A stretch of 64,000 nt of DNA from a virus (lineage: Duplodnaviria; Caudoviricetes). Numbering within the stretch: the first letter of the stretch is position 1; every line of letters starts with the position of its first letter. A model generated the notes under the pieces. That model was not told the origin of the DNA and did not search any database. It saw only the letters and a program-made list of their open reading frames with translations. The position numbers were made by a program, and so were the translations under genes. Location of the stretch: positions 1 to 64,000 of IMG/VR virus record IMGVR_UViG_3300010429_001883. One strand, given 5' to 3'. Below are positions 1 through 7,528 of the stretch, piece by piece.

Positions 1-367
1 CGTCGCGGGCGGCGGCGTAGGCGGCGGACCGGGCGGCGGCTTTCAGATCATCATGCGTCGCCTCGCCTACCGCATACCGCTCGGCGACCTCAATCGCCGT
101 GCGGCTCCGCTCGTCGGTCAGCAGGTGCCACACCTGCCGGACGCACTGGCAGGCGAACAGCCGCGCCAGCTTGTCACGTTCGGCGGCCTGCTCGTCAGGC
201 ACGGCCCGCAACGCCCATAACGCGTCTCTCAATCCGTTGCTGTCGATAATTTCAACGAGCGTTATTGGCTCGTTGTCCTTGCGCCCCCTGAGCGCCTTGC
301 GTAGCACCGTGTAGCGGTCCTTACAGGCACCGTGCTTTCGCAGCAGCTTGAACGTGGTCGTCAACAT
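1..367 (-). CDS. Phage hypothetical protein with Ala-rich AAxAAA tail (Imm5-like family resemblance); runs off the window edge
   Basis: Not in the ORF track. ATG at 367-365 with GGAGG RBS at 374-378. Translates MLTTTFKLLRKHGACKDRY...NGLRDALWALRA...ARLFACQC...DERSRTAIEVAERYA..EAT...AAARSAAYAAAR. GC-rich. Confidence 0.75.
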   Translation of the reverse strand, partial: MLTTTFKLLRKHGACKDRYTVLRKALRGRKDNEPITLVEIIDSNGLRDALWALRAVPDEQAAERDKLARLFACQCVRQVWHLLTDERSRTAIEVAERYAVGEATHDDLKAAARSAAYAAARD

Positions 368-406
368 GTTACACCTCCTAGTACTCTACCAGCCTTACTG
401 GGTTTG

Positions 407-495
407 TGGTGCCGCTGGCCGGACTTGAACCGGCATGGAGTACTATCTCCACTAGGGCTTGAGCCTAGCGTGTATGCCAATTCCACCACAGCGGC
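407..495 (-). tRNA. tRNA-Leu(CAA), CCA encoded
   Basis: Acceptor GCCGCTG/CAGCGGC; anticodon arm CTAGG-CTCAAGC-CCTAG; long variable arm; T-loop TTCAAGT; ends ACCA. Confidence 0.95.
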
Positions 496-507
496 ATTCT
501 CATAATA

Positions 508-1581
508 TTATAGCTTCTCTTTTATACAATCGGTACATAGGGGCACATTGCTGACTCCACCTTTAATACAATTTTTATAGTGATTTAGATTATCACGAAA
601 AAATAGACGAATAAGAAAGCTCTCTACTTCTTCGATTCTAGGCTTATCAGAGAGAGTAGAGGTTTCATAGGCGTATTCTGCTTCCTTCTCCAAGCTTTTT
701 GCCAGTTCAATAACTTCTTGAGCTTCAAACTTACCCTGTTTAATGTCTATGATTTCTTGAGCATAAGGCAAAGGAAGAGTCAGTTTCCCAGTGCGTAGTA
801 GTTCTATTCCTTGACGAAGAAGCATGATTAAATTACTACCAAACTTTGTATCAAAACCATACTTAGTTATTAGACTAGTTCTATTTCCTGCGGAGTCAAG
901 TCTTTTTTTAACCTTTGAGATTGCATCAGAAATTGCTAGCTTGCGATCAAGTAATAGGTCTCCAACTTTAAAATGGTAAACGCTTTCTTCGGAAACCCTA
1001 AGGTACTCAGATCCTTCTTCGTGAGCATCCATTAGTCGCCTGGTGTGGACATGATGTTCTTTTTCAAGCTCAGTAAGAGTTTCCTGAAGCTCTTCATAGT
1101 TACAAGCTTTTATTAGCATCTTATGCTTTTGAGAACGAGCATAACTAACGTACCTGTGGTAACATCCTTTATGAGGAAAGAAACATCTGTAACCAAGAAG
1201 CTCTGCGCCTTCAACAGTCTGAAATACAACAGAGGCGGGAGAAGCAAATAAAACATTTATAATATTAGGGTTGTTTTGAAGTGCGAGCTTAACAAACTTT
1301 TTAATATTATAAAATGTTCGGTCAACTGCTTCAGAAGTATTTCTACCTTCAGAATCTTTGCTTTCCTCATTCATAGTTACTAACTCACACTCTTGTAAAC
1401 CAAAAAGAATCTCTGGTGGTGGCATAAATATTCCAACAAAGTCTTGATCGCTGTCTGGTGTGTTTGTCCCAAACATATGAGATCCAGATTTAATCTCAAG
1501 AATTAAGTTTTCTTTAGCAACTTTCTGAAAATCAACCTCTTGGTGCATCAACACTCCCCTCTTTACTTCCCTCTTTGCCAT
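508..1581 (-). CDS. DNA polymerase beta superfamily nucleotidyltransferase (RlaP/YcgL-like, RNA-repair-associated family)
   Basis: GSHMFGTNTPDSDQD (GS...DxD) motif, NNPNIINVL, and C-terminal GFDTK...L.R...ELL.TG.L...IKQG pattern. Confidence 0.85.
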   Translation of the reverse strand: MAKREVKRGVLMHQEVDFQKVAKENLILEIKSGSHMFGTNTPDSDQDFVGIFMPPPEILFGLQECELVTMNEESKDSEGRNTSEAVDRTFYNIKKFVKLALQNNPNIINVLFASPASVVFQTVEGAELLGYRCFFPHKGCYHRYVSYARSQKHKMLIKACNYEELQETLTELEKEHHVHTRRLMDAHEEGSEYLRVSEESVYHFKVGDLLLDRKLAISDAISKVKKRLDSAGNRTSLITKYGFDTKFGSNLIMLLRQGIELLRTGKLTLPLPYAQEIIDIKQGKFEAQEVIELAKSLEKEAEYAYETSTLSDKPRIEEVESFLIRLFFRDNLNHYKNCIKGGVSNVPLCTDCIKEKL

Positions 1582-1768
1582 CCGGCGGTCGGACTTTTTT
1601 CACGTAAACGAAAAAGTCATACGGCGCATCAGACAACAAAAACATTTCATCTGCTTGGATACCTGGATGCGCCTGAATTTCGATGACGGATGACTTTTCT
1701 GTCGTCTTGCCGAACAGTTTCTCCCAAGTCTCTGACGAGACGAACAGCGTTTTGCGTGTTTCGATCAT
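1532..1768 (-). CDS. Hypothetical protein (start re-assigned to MIETRKT)
   Basis: GGAGGAGCG directly precedes the ATG at 1768; same frame as track ORF 1532..1885. Confidence 0.55.
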   Translation of the reverse strand: MIETRKTLFVSSETWEKLFGKTTEKSSVIEIQAHPGIQADEMFLLSDAPYDFFVYVKKVRPPDGKEGSKEGSVDAPRG

Positions 1769-2007
1769 CGCTCCTCCGTTTTTGTTATACCCCAATTTCC
1801 ATCCGCCGTCGCCGCCTCTCCAAATGTGCAAGGCCCACACATTTGAGTAATTGGCACGATTGGCTTTGATCCACACACGATACATCTGCGGTTGTAGTCT
1901 GGCGTCATGCCGGATTCATATTGTTTGTCGGAGCAAATCTTTTTAAGAAAGAACAGCTTCATCCGATGTAATTTAATTATTTCTTCTCTTGATGGATTGC
2001 CGCTCAT
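1765..2007 (-). CDS. Small Cys-rich (CxxC...CxxC) hypothetical protein
   Basis: GGAGGAGCG precedes the ATG at 2007; CIVC and CGPC pairs; stop overlaps the next start. Confidence 0.6.
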   Translation of the reverse strand: MSGNPSREEIIKLHRMKLFFLKKICSDKQYESGMTPDYNRRCIVCGSKPIVPITQMCGPCTFGEAATADGNWGITKTEER

Positions 2008-2017
2008 CGCTCCTCCT

Positions 2018-2266
2018 TCAATCCGTTGAACATTCATCCGCGCCTGAAACCATCACAGCAATTCGTCTCGCCGCACAACCCGCATCGTGTCCACCGACCG
2101 GGTACCCGCACCGCGCGCACCGCAATTTCTCGTCAACCTTTTTTGGCTTTGTCGTGGCAAAAAACAGATGTTGATAATCAGACTGTCTTTGGTCTTGCTC
2201 AACGCAAGCGCAGCAAAGATAGCCATCCTGTCCCGGTACGTAATTCAGATATGCAAGCGCTTTCAT
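2018..2266 (-). CDS. Small Cys-rich hypothetical protein
   Basis: CCAC and CARC motifs; co-oriented with neighbours. Confidence 0.45.
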   Translation of the reverse strand: MKALAYLNYVPGQDGYLCCACVEQDQRQSDYQHLFFATTKPKKVDEKLRCARCGYPVGGHDAGCAARRIAVMVSGADECSTD

Positions 2267-2360
2267 TTTTTAACTCGTCAGCCGTTTCTTGCGAGCTGTT
2301 TTTTGCTTCTGTTCGGTATCATCGCTCCTCCTTTGGTGCGCCGCACCCGGACAGGTAAGG

Positions 2361-2441
2361 TACCAGCCAGAGGGCAGGAGTCGTTTACCTGCAACTACTC
2401 GGCTAAGGCCTACGTTTTCTTTAAACTACCTCTGGCTGGTA
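2361..2441 (-). ncRNA. tRNA-like element with extended 13-bp acceptor stem and shrunken anticodon arm
   Basis: TACCAGCCAGAGG pairs with CCTCTGGCTGGTA. Inside: TA-GTTT-AAAGA-AAAC (D arm), GGC-CTTA-GCC, and GCAGG-TAAACGACT-CCTGC (T arm). Confidence 0.6.
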
Positions 2442-2461
2442 TTATTTGTTGCTAATCAAAC

Positions 2462-2538
2462 TGGTGGTGGAGGTGGGATTCGAACCCACAGCCTCCCGCT
2501 TATAAGGCAGGTGCGCCAACCGTTTGCGCCACTCCACC
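2462..2538 (-). tRNA. tRNA-Ile(TAT), CCA encoded
   Basis: Acceptor GGTGGAG/CTCCACC; anticodon arm CCTGC-CTTATAA-GCGGG; T-loop TTCGAAT. Confidence 0.92.
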
Positions 2539-2548
2539 ATATCCTAAA

Positions 2549-3091
2549 TTACTTCACTTGCTCGTCATTGGCTATTTGATCAATAACCATAAGAAGAGCG
2601 TTTTTTGAAGTATCTGGAAAACACTCATTGATAATTCTATAGGTCTCTTTATCATCCAGAGCTGCAATTTCTTCCTTCGTAAGATGTATTGTGATTTCTA
2701 TCAAGTCTGCTCCTTCTATTAGGGAAGATGAAATAACCGACCTTTGCAGAAGTTTTTTGAAAGGGTTTGTTTGGGGTTCTCCATACGACTCAACTTCTGT
2801 TTTGTAAATAGATTCTCTATAAGGTCGGAGTTCCTGTTCATAATAGTTAAAAGAGGCTGGGCTGCCGTCTTTAGGTTGGATAACTCTAACATTATACATC
2901 CAACCATTGCCGGAGCACGGCAACTGTTTAATTGTTCCAACAATTTCTGGATAATCAAAAAGACGAACTTTCTCTTCGATAAGAAATTTATTATTTCTAG
3001 GTGTCGATGAGATAGAGGTGTGAACTACAAGAATAGTTGTCACCCCAGCCAAGGCCAATAAAAAAATTGCTAGAACAATAAGACGTTTCAT
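2549..3091 (-). CDS. Hypothetical protein with N-terminal membrane anchor or signal peptide
   Basis: MKRLIVLAIFLLALAGVTTILVV; GGAGG RBS upstream. Confidence 0.75.
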   Translation of the reverse strand: MKRLIVLAIFLLALAGVTTILVVHTSISSTPRNNKFLIEEKVRLFDYPEIVGTIKQLPCSGNGWMYNVRVIQPKDGSPASFNYYEQELRPYRESIYKTEVESYGEPQTNPFKKLLQRSVISSSLIEGADLIEITIHLTKEEIAALDDKETYRIINECFPDTSKNALLMVIDQIANDEQVK

Positions 3092-3103
3092 ATATCCTCC
3101 GTA

Positions 3104-3343
3104 TTAAAAGATAGTTGATGCTCCGTTTATCCCAAGAAGGCATTCAATTTGTCTTGTGACCTCAGCAAGTGGTTTGTCAACCCTTGTGGTCGTAATAACA
3201 CTGCCGTCTATTCCGTAAAATGTGATAATTACGCTGCCTCCAGACATTGTAACTTCTTCATTAATTTCCACAGAACCCAAACTAGCCAGATTTAAATATT
3301 GATAGCTATCCTGATCTTTTCTGATAATTCGCCAAGACTGCAT
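3104..3343 (-). CDS. Hypothetical protein
   Basis: Abuts the guaC stop codon; co-oriented. Confidence 0.7.
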   Translation of the reverse strand: MQSWRIIRKDQDSYQYLNLASLGSVEINEEVTMSGGSVIITFYGIDGSVITTTRVDKPLAEVTRQIECLLGINGASTIF

Positions 3344-3344
3344 A

Positions 3345-4409
3345 TTAGTGCCTCACTAAACTGGTATTCAGTTGATTATTTACCAAGTAAAAGGAACCCT
3401 TTTTCGGGAACTCTTTAAGAGTTTCTGCTCCAATGTAGGCTGCTGTAGATCGAAGTCCGCCTAAAATTCTCTTAATGATATCATCTAACGAACCCTTACT
3501 CTCTACTATTACTTCTCTACCTTCGCTCGTTTTGTAATCAGGAACTTCTCCATAATTTGTTATCATGGCTTCTTCCGATGCCATACCATGAAATTTCACA
3601 TGCTTAAGTCCTGACGGATCATGAACTACTTCAGCATGTGGCGAGTATGGGGCAAAGATAGAACCGGCCATGACAAAATCAGCGTCTGCGACAAAGGCTT
3701 TAGCAAAGTCACCGACTGCCTGAATGCCTCCGTCTGAACAGATGCGAGCATTTTTATAGTGGTGAACATGAAAACCACAATCTAAAATAGCGGAAAGCTG
3801 GGGTCTTCCAACTCCAGTAATTTCTCGTGTGGTACAAACGGCGCCAGAACCAAGACCTATTTTAACTATATCAGCCAAGCCGCCTGTAATCAGGTCTTGC
3901 GCAACCTCTGGAGTTACAACATTACCAACAATAATGACGGTCGAATCGTATGCATAATGTCGAGCCATTTTACAAAACGGAATGAGGTCTGCAATATATC
4001 CATTGGCAATATCAATATTTAGAAATCTTACTTTATTGAGAAGCTCTCTAAGTTCTCCCCTTTTAAATAGTTCTTTATCTCTAGCACTTATTCCAACAGA
4101 GAAAGCCAAATACTCTGTTGCTTCTGGCGGAAGATCTTTATAACTAAGCCAGCTAATAACTTCAAGAGGAGTATAGTGCTTAACTAATGCAGTAATTACT
4201 TTATATTTATGAGCAATCTCAAAAGATTCTAGAGTTCCAATCTTATCCATATTAGATAGAATAATAGGTATTCCAGTCCACGTACCGGTTGCTTGATGAA
4301 ATTGAAAATTTCGTTCTAAACAAACATCTTGTCTACTGGTTATGGTAGACCGCATGGGTTTAATTAGAACATCACTAAAGTCTAATTGGACTTCTTGATT
4401 AATCTTCAT
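3345..4409 (-). CDS. guaC: GMP reductase (type 1)
   Basis: LDFSDVLIKP.RSTI.SR start; KIGLGSGAVCTTR with catalytic Cys; SDGG, FHGMAS, SEGR, ILGGLRS; no CBS domains. Confidence 0.92.
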   Translation of the reverse strand: MKINQEVQLDFSDVLIKPMRSTITSRQDVCLERNFQFHQATGTWTGIPIILSNMDKIGTLESFEIAHKYKVITALVKHYTPLEVISWLSYKDLPPEATEYLAFSVGISARDKELFKRGELRELLNKVRFLNIDIANGYIADLIPFCKMARHYAYDSTVIIVGNVVTPEVAQDLITGGLADIVKIGLGSGAVCTTREITGVGRPQLSAILDCGFHVHHYKNARICSDGGIQAVGDFAKAFVADADFVMAGSIFAPYSPHAEVVHDPSGLKHVKFHGMASEEAMITNYGEVPDYKTSEGREVIVESKGSLDDIIKRILGGLRSTAAYIGAETLKEFPKKGSFYLVNNQLNTSLVRH

Positions 4410-4421
4410 AGTAACTTCTTG

Positions 4422-4616
4422 TCACCATTTTTCTTTTGGCTTATTTACTGCTACTTTTAGCCTTTCTAATTCGTTTAGAATATCTACAAAACTAGCTTCT
4501 TGATATGCCGTACTTTGGCCTAAAGCCTCTCTCTGTCTATTTGCTTCCTTCATACTTTCTACTTGTACATAACACTGCATAAGAGTAATAATACATTCCA
4601 TATAAAAGTCTGTCAT
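4422..4616 (-). CDS. Hypothetical protein
   Basis: Co-oriented ORF directly upstream of guaC. Confidence 0.6.
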   Translation of the reverse strand: MTDFYMECIITLMQCYVQVESMKEANRQREALGQSTAYQEASFVDILNELERLKVAVNKPKEKW

Positions 4617-4639
4617 TTTATTATTACCGTAGAGACAAA

Positions 4640-4790
4640 AATAGACAGTTGAGATATACTCTATCGGGACTGTCAGCTCCGGGTAACTTCTGATACCAAG
4701 CCCTAAGTTTATGGTTTACTCAGCAACCCTAGATTTGTAGTCATCTAGTGAACTGGTGTGAAGCGCACACCACGCCTCGCGAGAAGTCAA
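4640..4790 (-). ncRNA. Structured RNA candidate, copy A (related to 6703-6832)
   Basis: TGACTTCT/AGAAGTTA encloses three hairpins (TGGTGTG/CACACCA, CTAGAT/ATCTAG, CTGAGT/ACTTAG), followed by CCGGAG-[GACAGT]-CCCGATAG..[ACTGTC]-T-rich. Confidence 0.5.
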
Positions 4791-4794
4791 TTAT

Positions 4795-4869
4795 TGGAGC
4801 CGAAGAGAGGAATCGAACCTCCAACAGGTTGTTTACAAAACAACTACTCTACCATTGAGTTACTTCGGC
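4795..4869 (-). tRNA. tRNA-Thr(TGT), CCA encoded
   Basis: Acceptor GCCGAAG/CTTCGGC; anticodon arm GTTGT-TTTGTAA-ACAAC; T-loop TTCGATT. Confidence 0.95.
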
Positions 4870-4886
4870 TAAAAGATTACATTTCT

Positions 4887-6278
4887 TTAATTATTCCAAA
4901 GACCAAAACCACCGGTTTGATCCCATTCTGCTGCTTGAACATAAACTGGTAAGCTGGCCACAATTTCTACAGAGAAAATAAGTGGCTCACTGCACATACT
5001 CACAATTCCAGCAAGAGATTTCATGTAAGCATAACTATAAGCTTCTGCTCTAGTCTCTTTTGGTCTAACAATAAAAGGAGCTGTGGTAACGGTTTTAGGA
5101 CCAGCAAAACATCCATTATCCAGGAAATGATAAACAAAGTGAACAGTAACTGGTGAATTGGAAGTATTTAGAATGGAGTACGAGTGGTTCGCATTAAATT
5201 CGTTATATGGCCCTGAGATTTGGAATGGCACCAAATGATAAATTGATGCATCTTTATTTAGCATAAGTGGTGAAGCATCAAATGTTTTTATTTCGCCATT
5301 ACGCATCAACATTGTTAGGCCGCGAGCTTTGGCGCCAATAACATTAACCTCCATAAATCCAGATTCATATTCAGACAGTTCAGATATGTTGAATAGAATA
5401 GGATATATGGAGGATGTTTCTTGAAATGAAATAGTATCTTCAAATAGGATTTCACGGTCTCCTACTGTAATATACTTATATAGAATAAATTCAACAATAA
5501 TCGGTTGACCTTCTGTTTCACATGTTAGTCCAACCACCGTAGACCACTCATTAAGATTAGCATACCATGGAACAATCAACTTAGAAGATGGTACAACCTC
5601 AACAACCTTAGGGCTTGAAAGTGGTGAAAGAGCTACTGATTCAGGAAATTCAGCAATAATGCGGGCCTGATAAATATGTTGTCCTTCTAGAACATCTTCA
5701 ATAATAATTTGTGATGTAGCTGTATAATAGCGTTTAGTTTGAGTCCCATATGTATCAATAACTTCAAAGCTGTAATCAATAGCTCCAGTACCAATCAAAT
5801 TATCCATTGAGTAAGAAAGGTCAATAATTACAACCCCTTCTTCAGTTGTTACGTTCATGTACGGAGCTGGAACATTTAAGGTAGGAATACTTGGCGAGTC
5901 TGGGGCCGGAATAACAACTTCCACTCCGCCTTCTGGTAGTCCATCTGGTGCTACTTGAATGGCACTAAGAACAGCTACGTATGCTGCTGACTGGGCGAAG
6001 TATGTGCCTGGTGGAAGAACCAGATCCAGTTCAATAAAACGCTGGCTACCTGCCCAGGTAATATATTCTGAAGTAGTCAAACCATCAGATACTGCCGTAA
6101 CAAAAAAGGCCAGCGGTGGACTAGTGGGCCACATGCCTCCATACGTGGCCTGTAACGTAACTAGTGTTTTACCACTAGCCAGCTGTATGGTTGATTTAAC
6201 CGCCGTGCTTGTTCCAAGTGCTAGTACATTGAGTCCTAGCAAAGCAACAAGAGATAATACAAGTATAGATTTTTTCAT
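4887..6278 (-). CDS. Secreted or surface beta-rich protein (possible Ig/Fn3-like domains)
   Basis: Signal peptide MKKSILVLSLVALLGLNVLA after an AAGGAG RBS; start re-assigned from 6386. Confidence 0.7.
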   Translation of the reverse strand: MKKSILVLSLVALLGLNVLALGTSTAVKSTIQLASGKTLVTLQATYGGMWPTSPPLAFFVTAVSDGLTTSEYITWAGSQRFIELDLVLPPGTYFAQSAAYVAVLSAIQVAPDGLPEGGVEVVIPAPDSPSIPTLNVPAPYMNVTTEEGVVIIDLSYSMDNLIGTGAIDYSFEVIDTYGTQTKRYYTATSQIIIEDVLEGQHIYQARIIAEFPESVALSPLSSPKVVEVVPSSKLIVPWYANLNEWSTVVGLTCETEGQPIIVEFILYKYITVGDREILFEDTISFQETSSIYPILFNISELSEYESGFMEVNVIGAKARGLTMLMRNGEIKTFDASPLMLNKDASIYHLVPFQISGPYNEFNANHSYSILNTSNSPVTVHFVYHFLDNGCFAGPKTVTTAPFIVRPKETRAEAYSYAYMKSLAGIVSMCSEPLIFSVEIVASLPVYVQAAEWDQTGGFGLWNN

Positions 6279-6282
6279 AGTT

Positions 6283-6498
6283 TTACTCCTTACAGCCTTT
6301 CCCACATTTATTTTCTCCTTCTGGGTCGTGGTGTTTCCACTGTTTACCACAACACTCGCATCTTTCCCAGGGAAAATGATATCCAATAATTGATTTAATG
6401 CCTATCACTACTAGTAGACTTACAGCAATGCTAGGAAGTCCAACTAGTACAGCGGAGACATCTCGTAGAAATTCAAGTATTGGATGGTGTGGGATCAC
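6283..6498 (-). CDS. Small membrane protein with Cys-rich C-terminus
   Basis: One hydrophobic helix followed by CECCG; GAGGAG RBS. Confidence 0.6.
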   Translation of the reverse strand: MIPHHPILEFLRDVSAVLVGLPSIAVSLLVVIGIKSIIGYHFPWERCECCGKQWKHHDPEGENKCGKGCKE

Positions 6499-6535
6499 TG
6501 TTCTTACTCCTCAATTAATAATAGTATGTTCAAAA

Positions 6536-6607
6536 TGGTTGCGGGGAACGGAGTCGAACCGTCCTTTGGTAGGTTATGGGCCTACCTTGCTCCCACGAGC
6601 CCCCGCT
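6536..6607 (-). tRNA. tRNA-Met(CAT), initiator-like, with atypical short D arm
   Basis: AGCGGGG/CCCCGCA-ACCA (1:72 mismatch, as in fMet); GTAGG-CCCATAA-CCTAC; T-loop TTCGACT; D region only GCTC-GTGG-GAGC. Confidence 0.8.
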
Positions 6608-6616
6608 TCTCTTTTT

Positions 6617-6693
6617 TGGTACCCCAGGCAGGACTCTAACCTGCGGCCACCTGCTTAGAAGGCAGGTGCTCTATACAGCTGAGCTACTGGGGC
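6617..6693 (-). tRNA. tRNA-Arg(TCT), CCA encoded
   Basis: Acceptor GCCCCAG/CTGGGGT; CCTGC-CTTCTAA-GCAGG; non-canonical T-loop TTAGAGT. Confidence 0.92.
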
Positions 6694-6702
6694 TAAAATT
6701 TA

Positions 6703-6832
6703 AAAAGCCAGCTGTAACCAACTAACGGGGCTGGCTAACTCCGGAACCTTCTTTTTACCGCGAGCTGGTTCAAATCGCGGCCACTGTCAGGTAGTGTGAC
6801 CGTGAGGTAAGCGTGCCTCACACCACGACGGC
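6703..6832 (-). ncRNA. Structured RNA candidate, copy B (related to 4640-4790)
   Basis: CGTGGTGTG-containing 5' hairpin, CCGCGA/TCGCGG hairpin, then CCGGAG-[AGCCAGC]-CCCGTTAG..[GCTGGCT]-TTTT. Confidence 0.5.
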
Positions 6833-6833
6833 A

Positions 6834-7073
6834 TTAACCCATGCCATTGGGAGTGATCTTATTAAGTACTCGATACTCTTTGCCGTCTTTGCACTTTCTG
6901 AAGAATTTAAGTGCTGAATTTGCTAGATCTTCGGTTCCAAATCCAGCTACATCTTCCCAACGTTTATCCAGCAGCTGTCTTTGAAGAACAAAAGGTTTAT
7001 TATCTAAGTTACAGCAGTTTTCAAAACGCACTGTATCTTTTTCTCGATGATTTTTCTTCCAAGTCTTTGACAT
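6834..7073 (-). CDS. Hypothetical protein
   Basis: Abuts the upstream gene; co-oriented. Confidence 0.65.
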   Translation of the reverse strand: MSKTWKKNHREKDTVRFENCCNLDNKPFVLQRQLLDKRWEDVAGFGTEDLANSALKFFRKCKDGKEYRVLNKITPNGMG

Positions 7074-7074
7074 A

Positions 7075-7320
7075 TTAGTGTCCGCTAGGTTTTAGAAGTT
7101 CCTCACAATATCTTATCATATCCTCTAAGGTTTTCCAAGACAAAATAATTTCATCGCTTATTTCTTTATTAGATAAATCTTCCAGATCTTGAATAAAATC
7201 AGCTATGTCAAAGGGATCGAAGTACATGGGACATTTGAGAATTTCGCTTGGCTTGGAAATGCCTAGGTTTACGTGAAGGAGTTCAGCGATGGTGTGGTTT
7301 ACGGGTCGGGGTAAAGCCAT
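7075..7320 (-). CDS. Acyl-carrier-protein-like protein lacking the phosphopantetheine Ser
   Basis: 81 aa, acidic. FDPFDIADFIQDLED...EISDE...KTLEDMIRY aligns by eye with ACP DSLD.VELVM.LEE.F..EIPDE...TV.D.I.Y. Confidence 0.6.
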   Translation of the reverse strand: MALPRPVNHTIAELLHVNLGISKPSEILKCPMYFDPFDIADFIQDLEDLSNKEISDEIILSWKTLEDMIRYCEELLKPSGH

Positions 7321-7346
7321 ATTGGCTCCATAGTTAAATCTAAAAA

Positions 7347-7424
7347 TTGCAGGTAAAAATTAGATAGGAGTTTTAGCTTTTCAAGTGCTATAAGGTTATG
7401 TATTCCTATCAAGGACACCTGCAA
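7347..7424 (-). ncRNA. Y-RNA-like element 2
   Basis: TTGCAGGT/ACCTGCAA closing stem; GTCCT-TGATAGGA-ATACATAAC...TCCTATC; T-rich internal loop; downstream of Ro60. Confidence 0.65.
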
Positions 7425-7434
7425 AAATTTAAAA

Positions 7435-7528
7435 ATATAGGCAAAAATAAAGAAGGAGATTCCAATAAGTTTGGCTTATTGTGGATATGATCCACTATGT
7501 TATGTAATCCTTCTTAGGACGCCTATAT
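7435..7528 (-). ncRNA. Y-RNA-like element 1 (overlaps the Ro60 stop codon)
   Basis: ATATAGGC/GCCTATAT closing stem; GTCCT-AAGAAGGA-TTACATAAC...TCCTTCTT; two internal hairpins. Confidence 0.65.

Noticed and set aside
1851-1865. TTGGCACGATTGGCT as a sigma-54 promoter
   Set aside because: The GG-to-GC spacing is not 10 nt, and it is intragenic and antisense.
3345-4409. IMP dehydrogenase (guaB)
   Set aside because: Length, absence of CBS domains and the SEGR / N-terminal pattern fit GuaC.
4698-4707. AAGCCCTAAG resembling a pistol ribozyme core; theta ribozymes after tRNAs
   Set aside because: The pairing partner TAGGGC and the P1 stem are absent, and I could not build an HDV-like fold at any tRNA 3' end.
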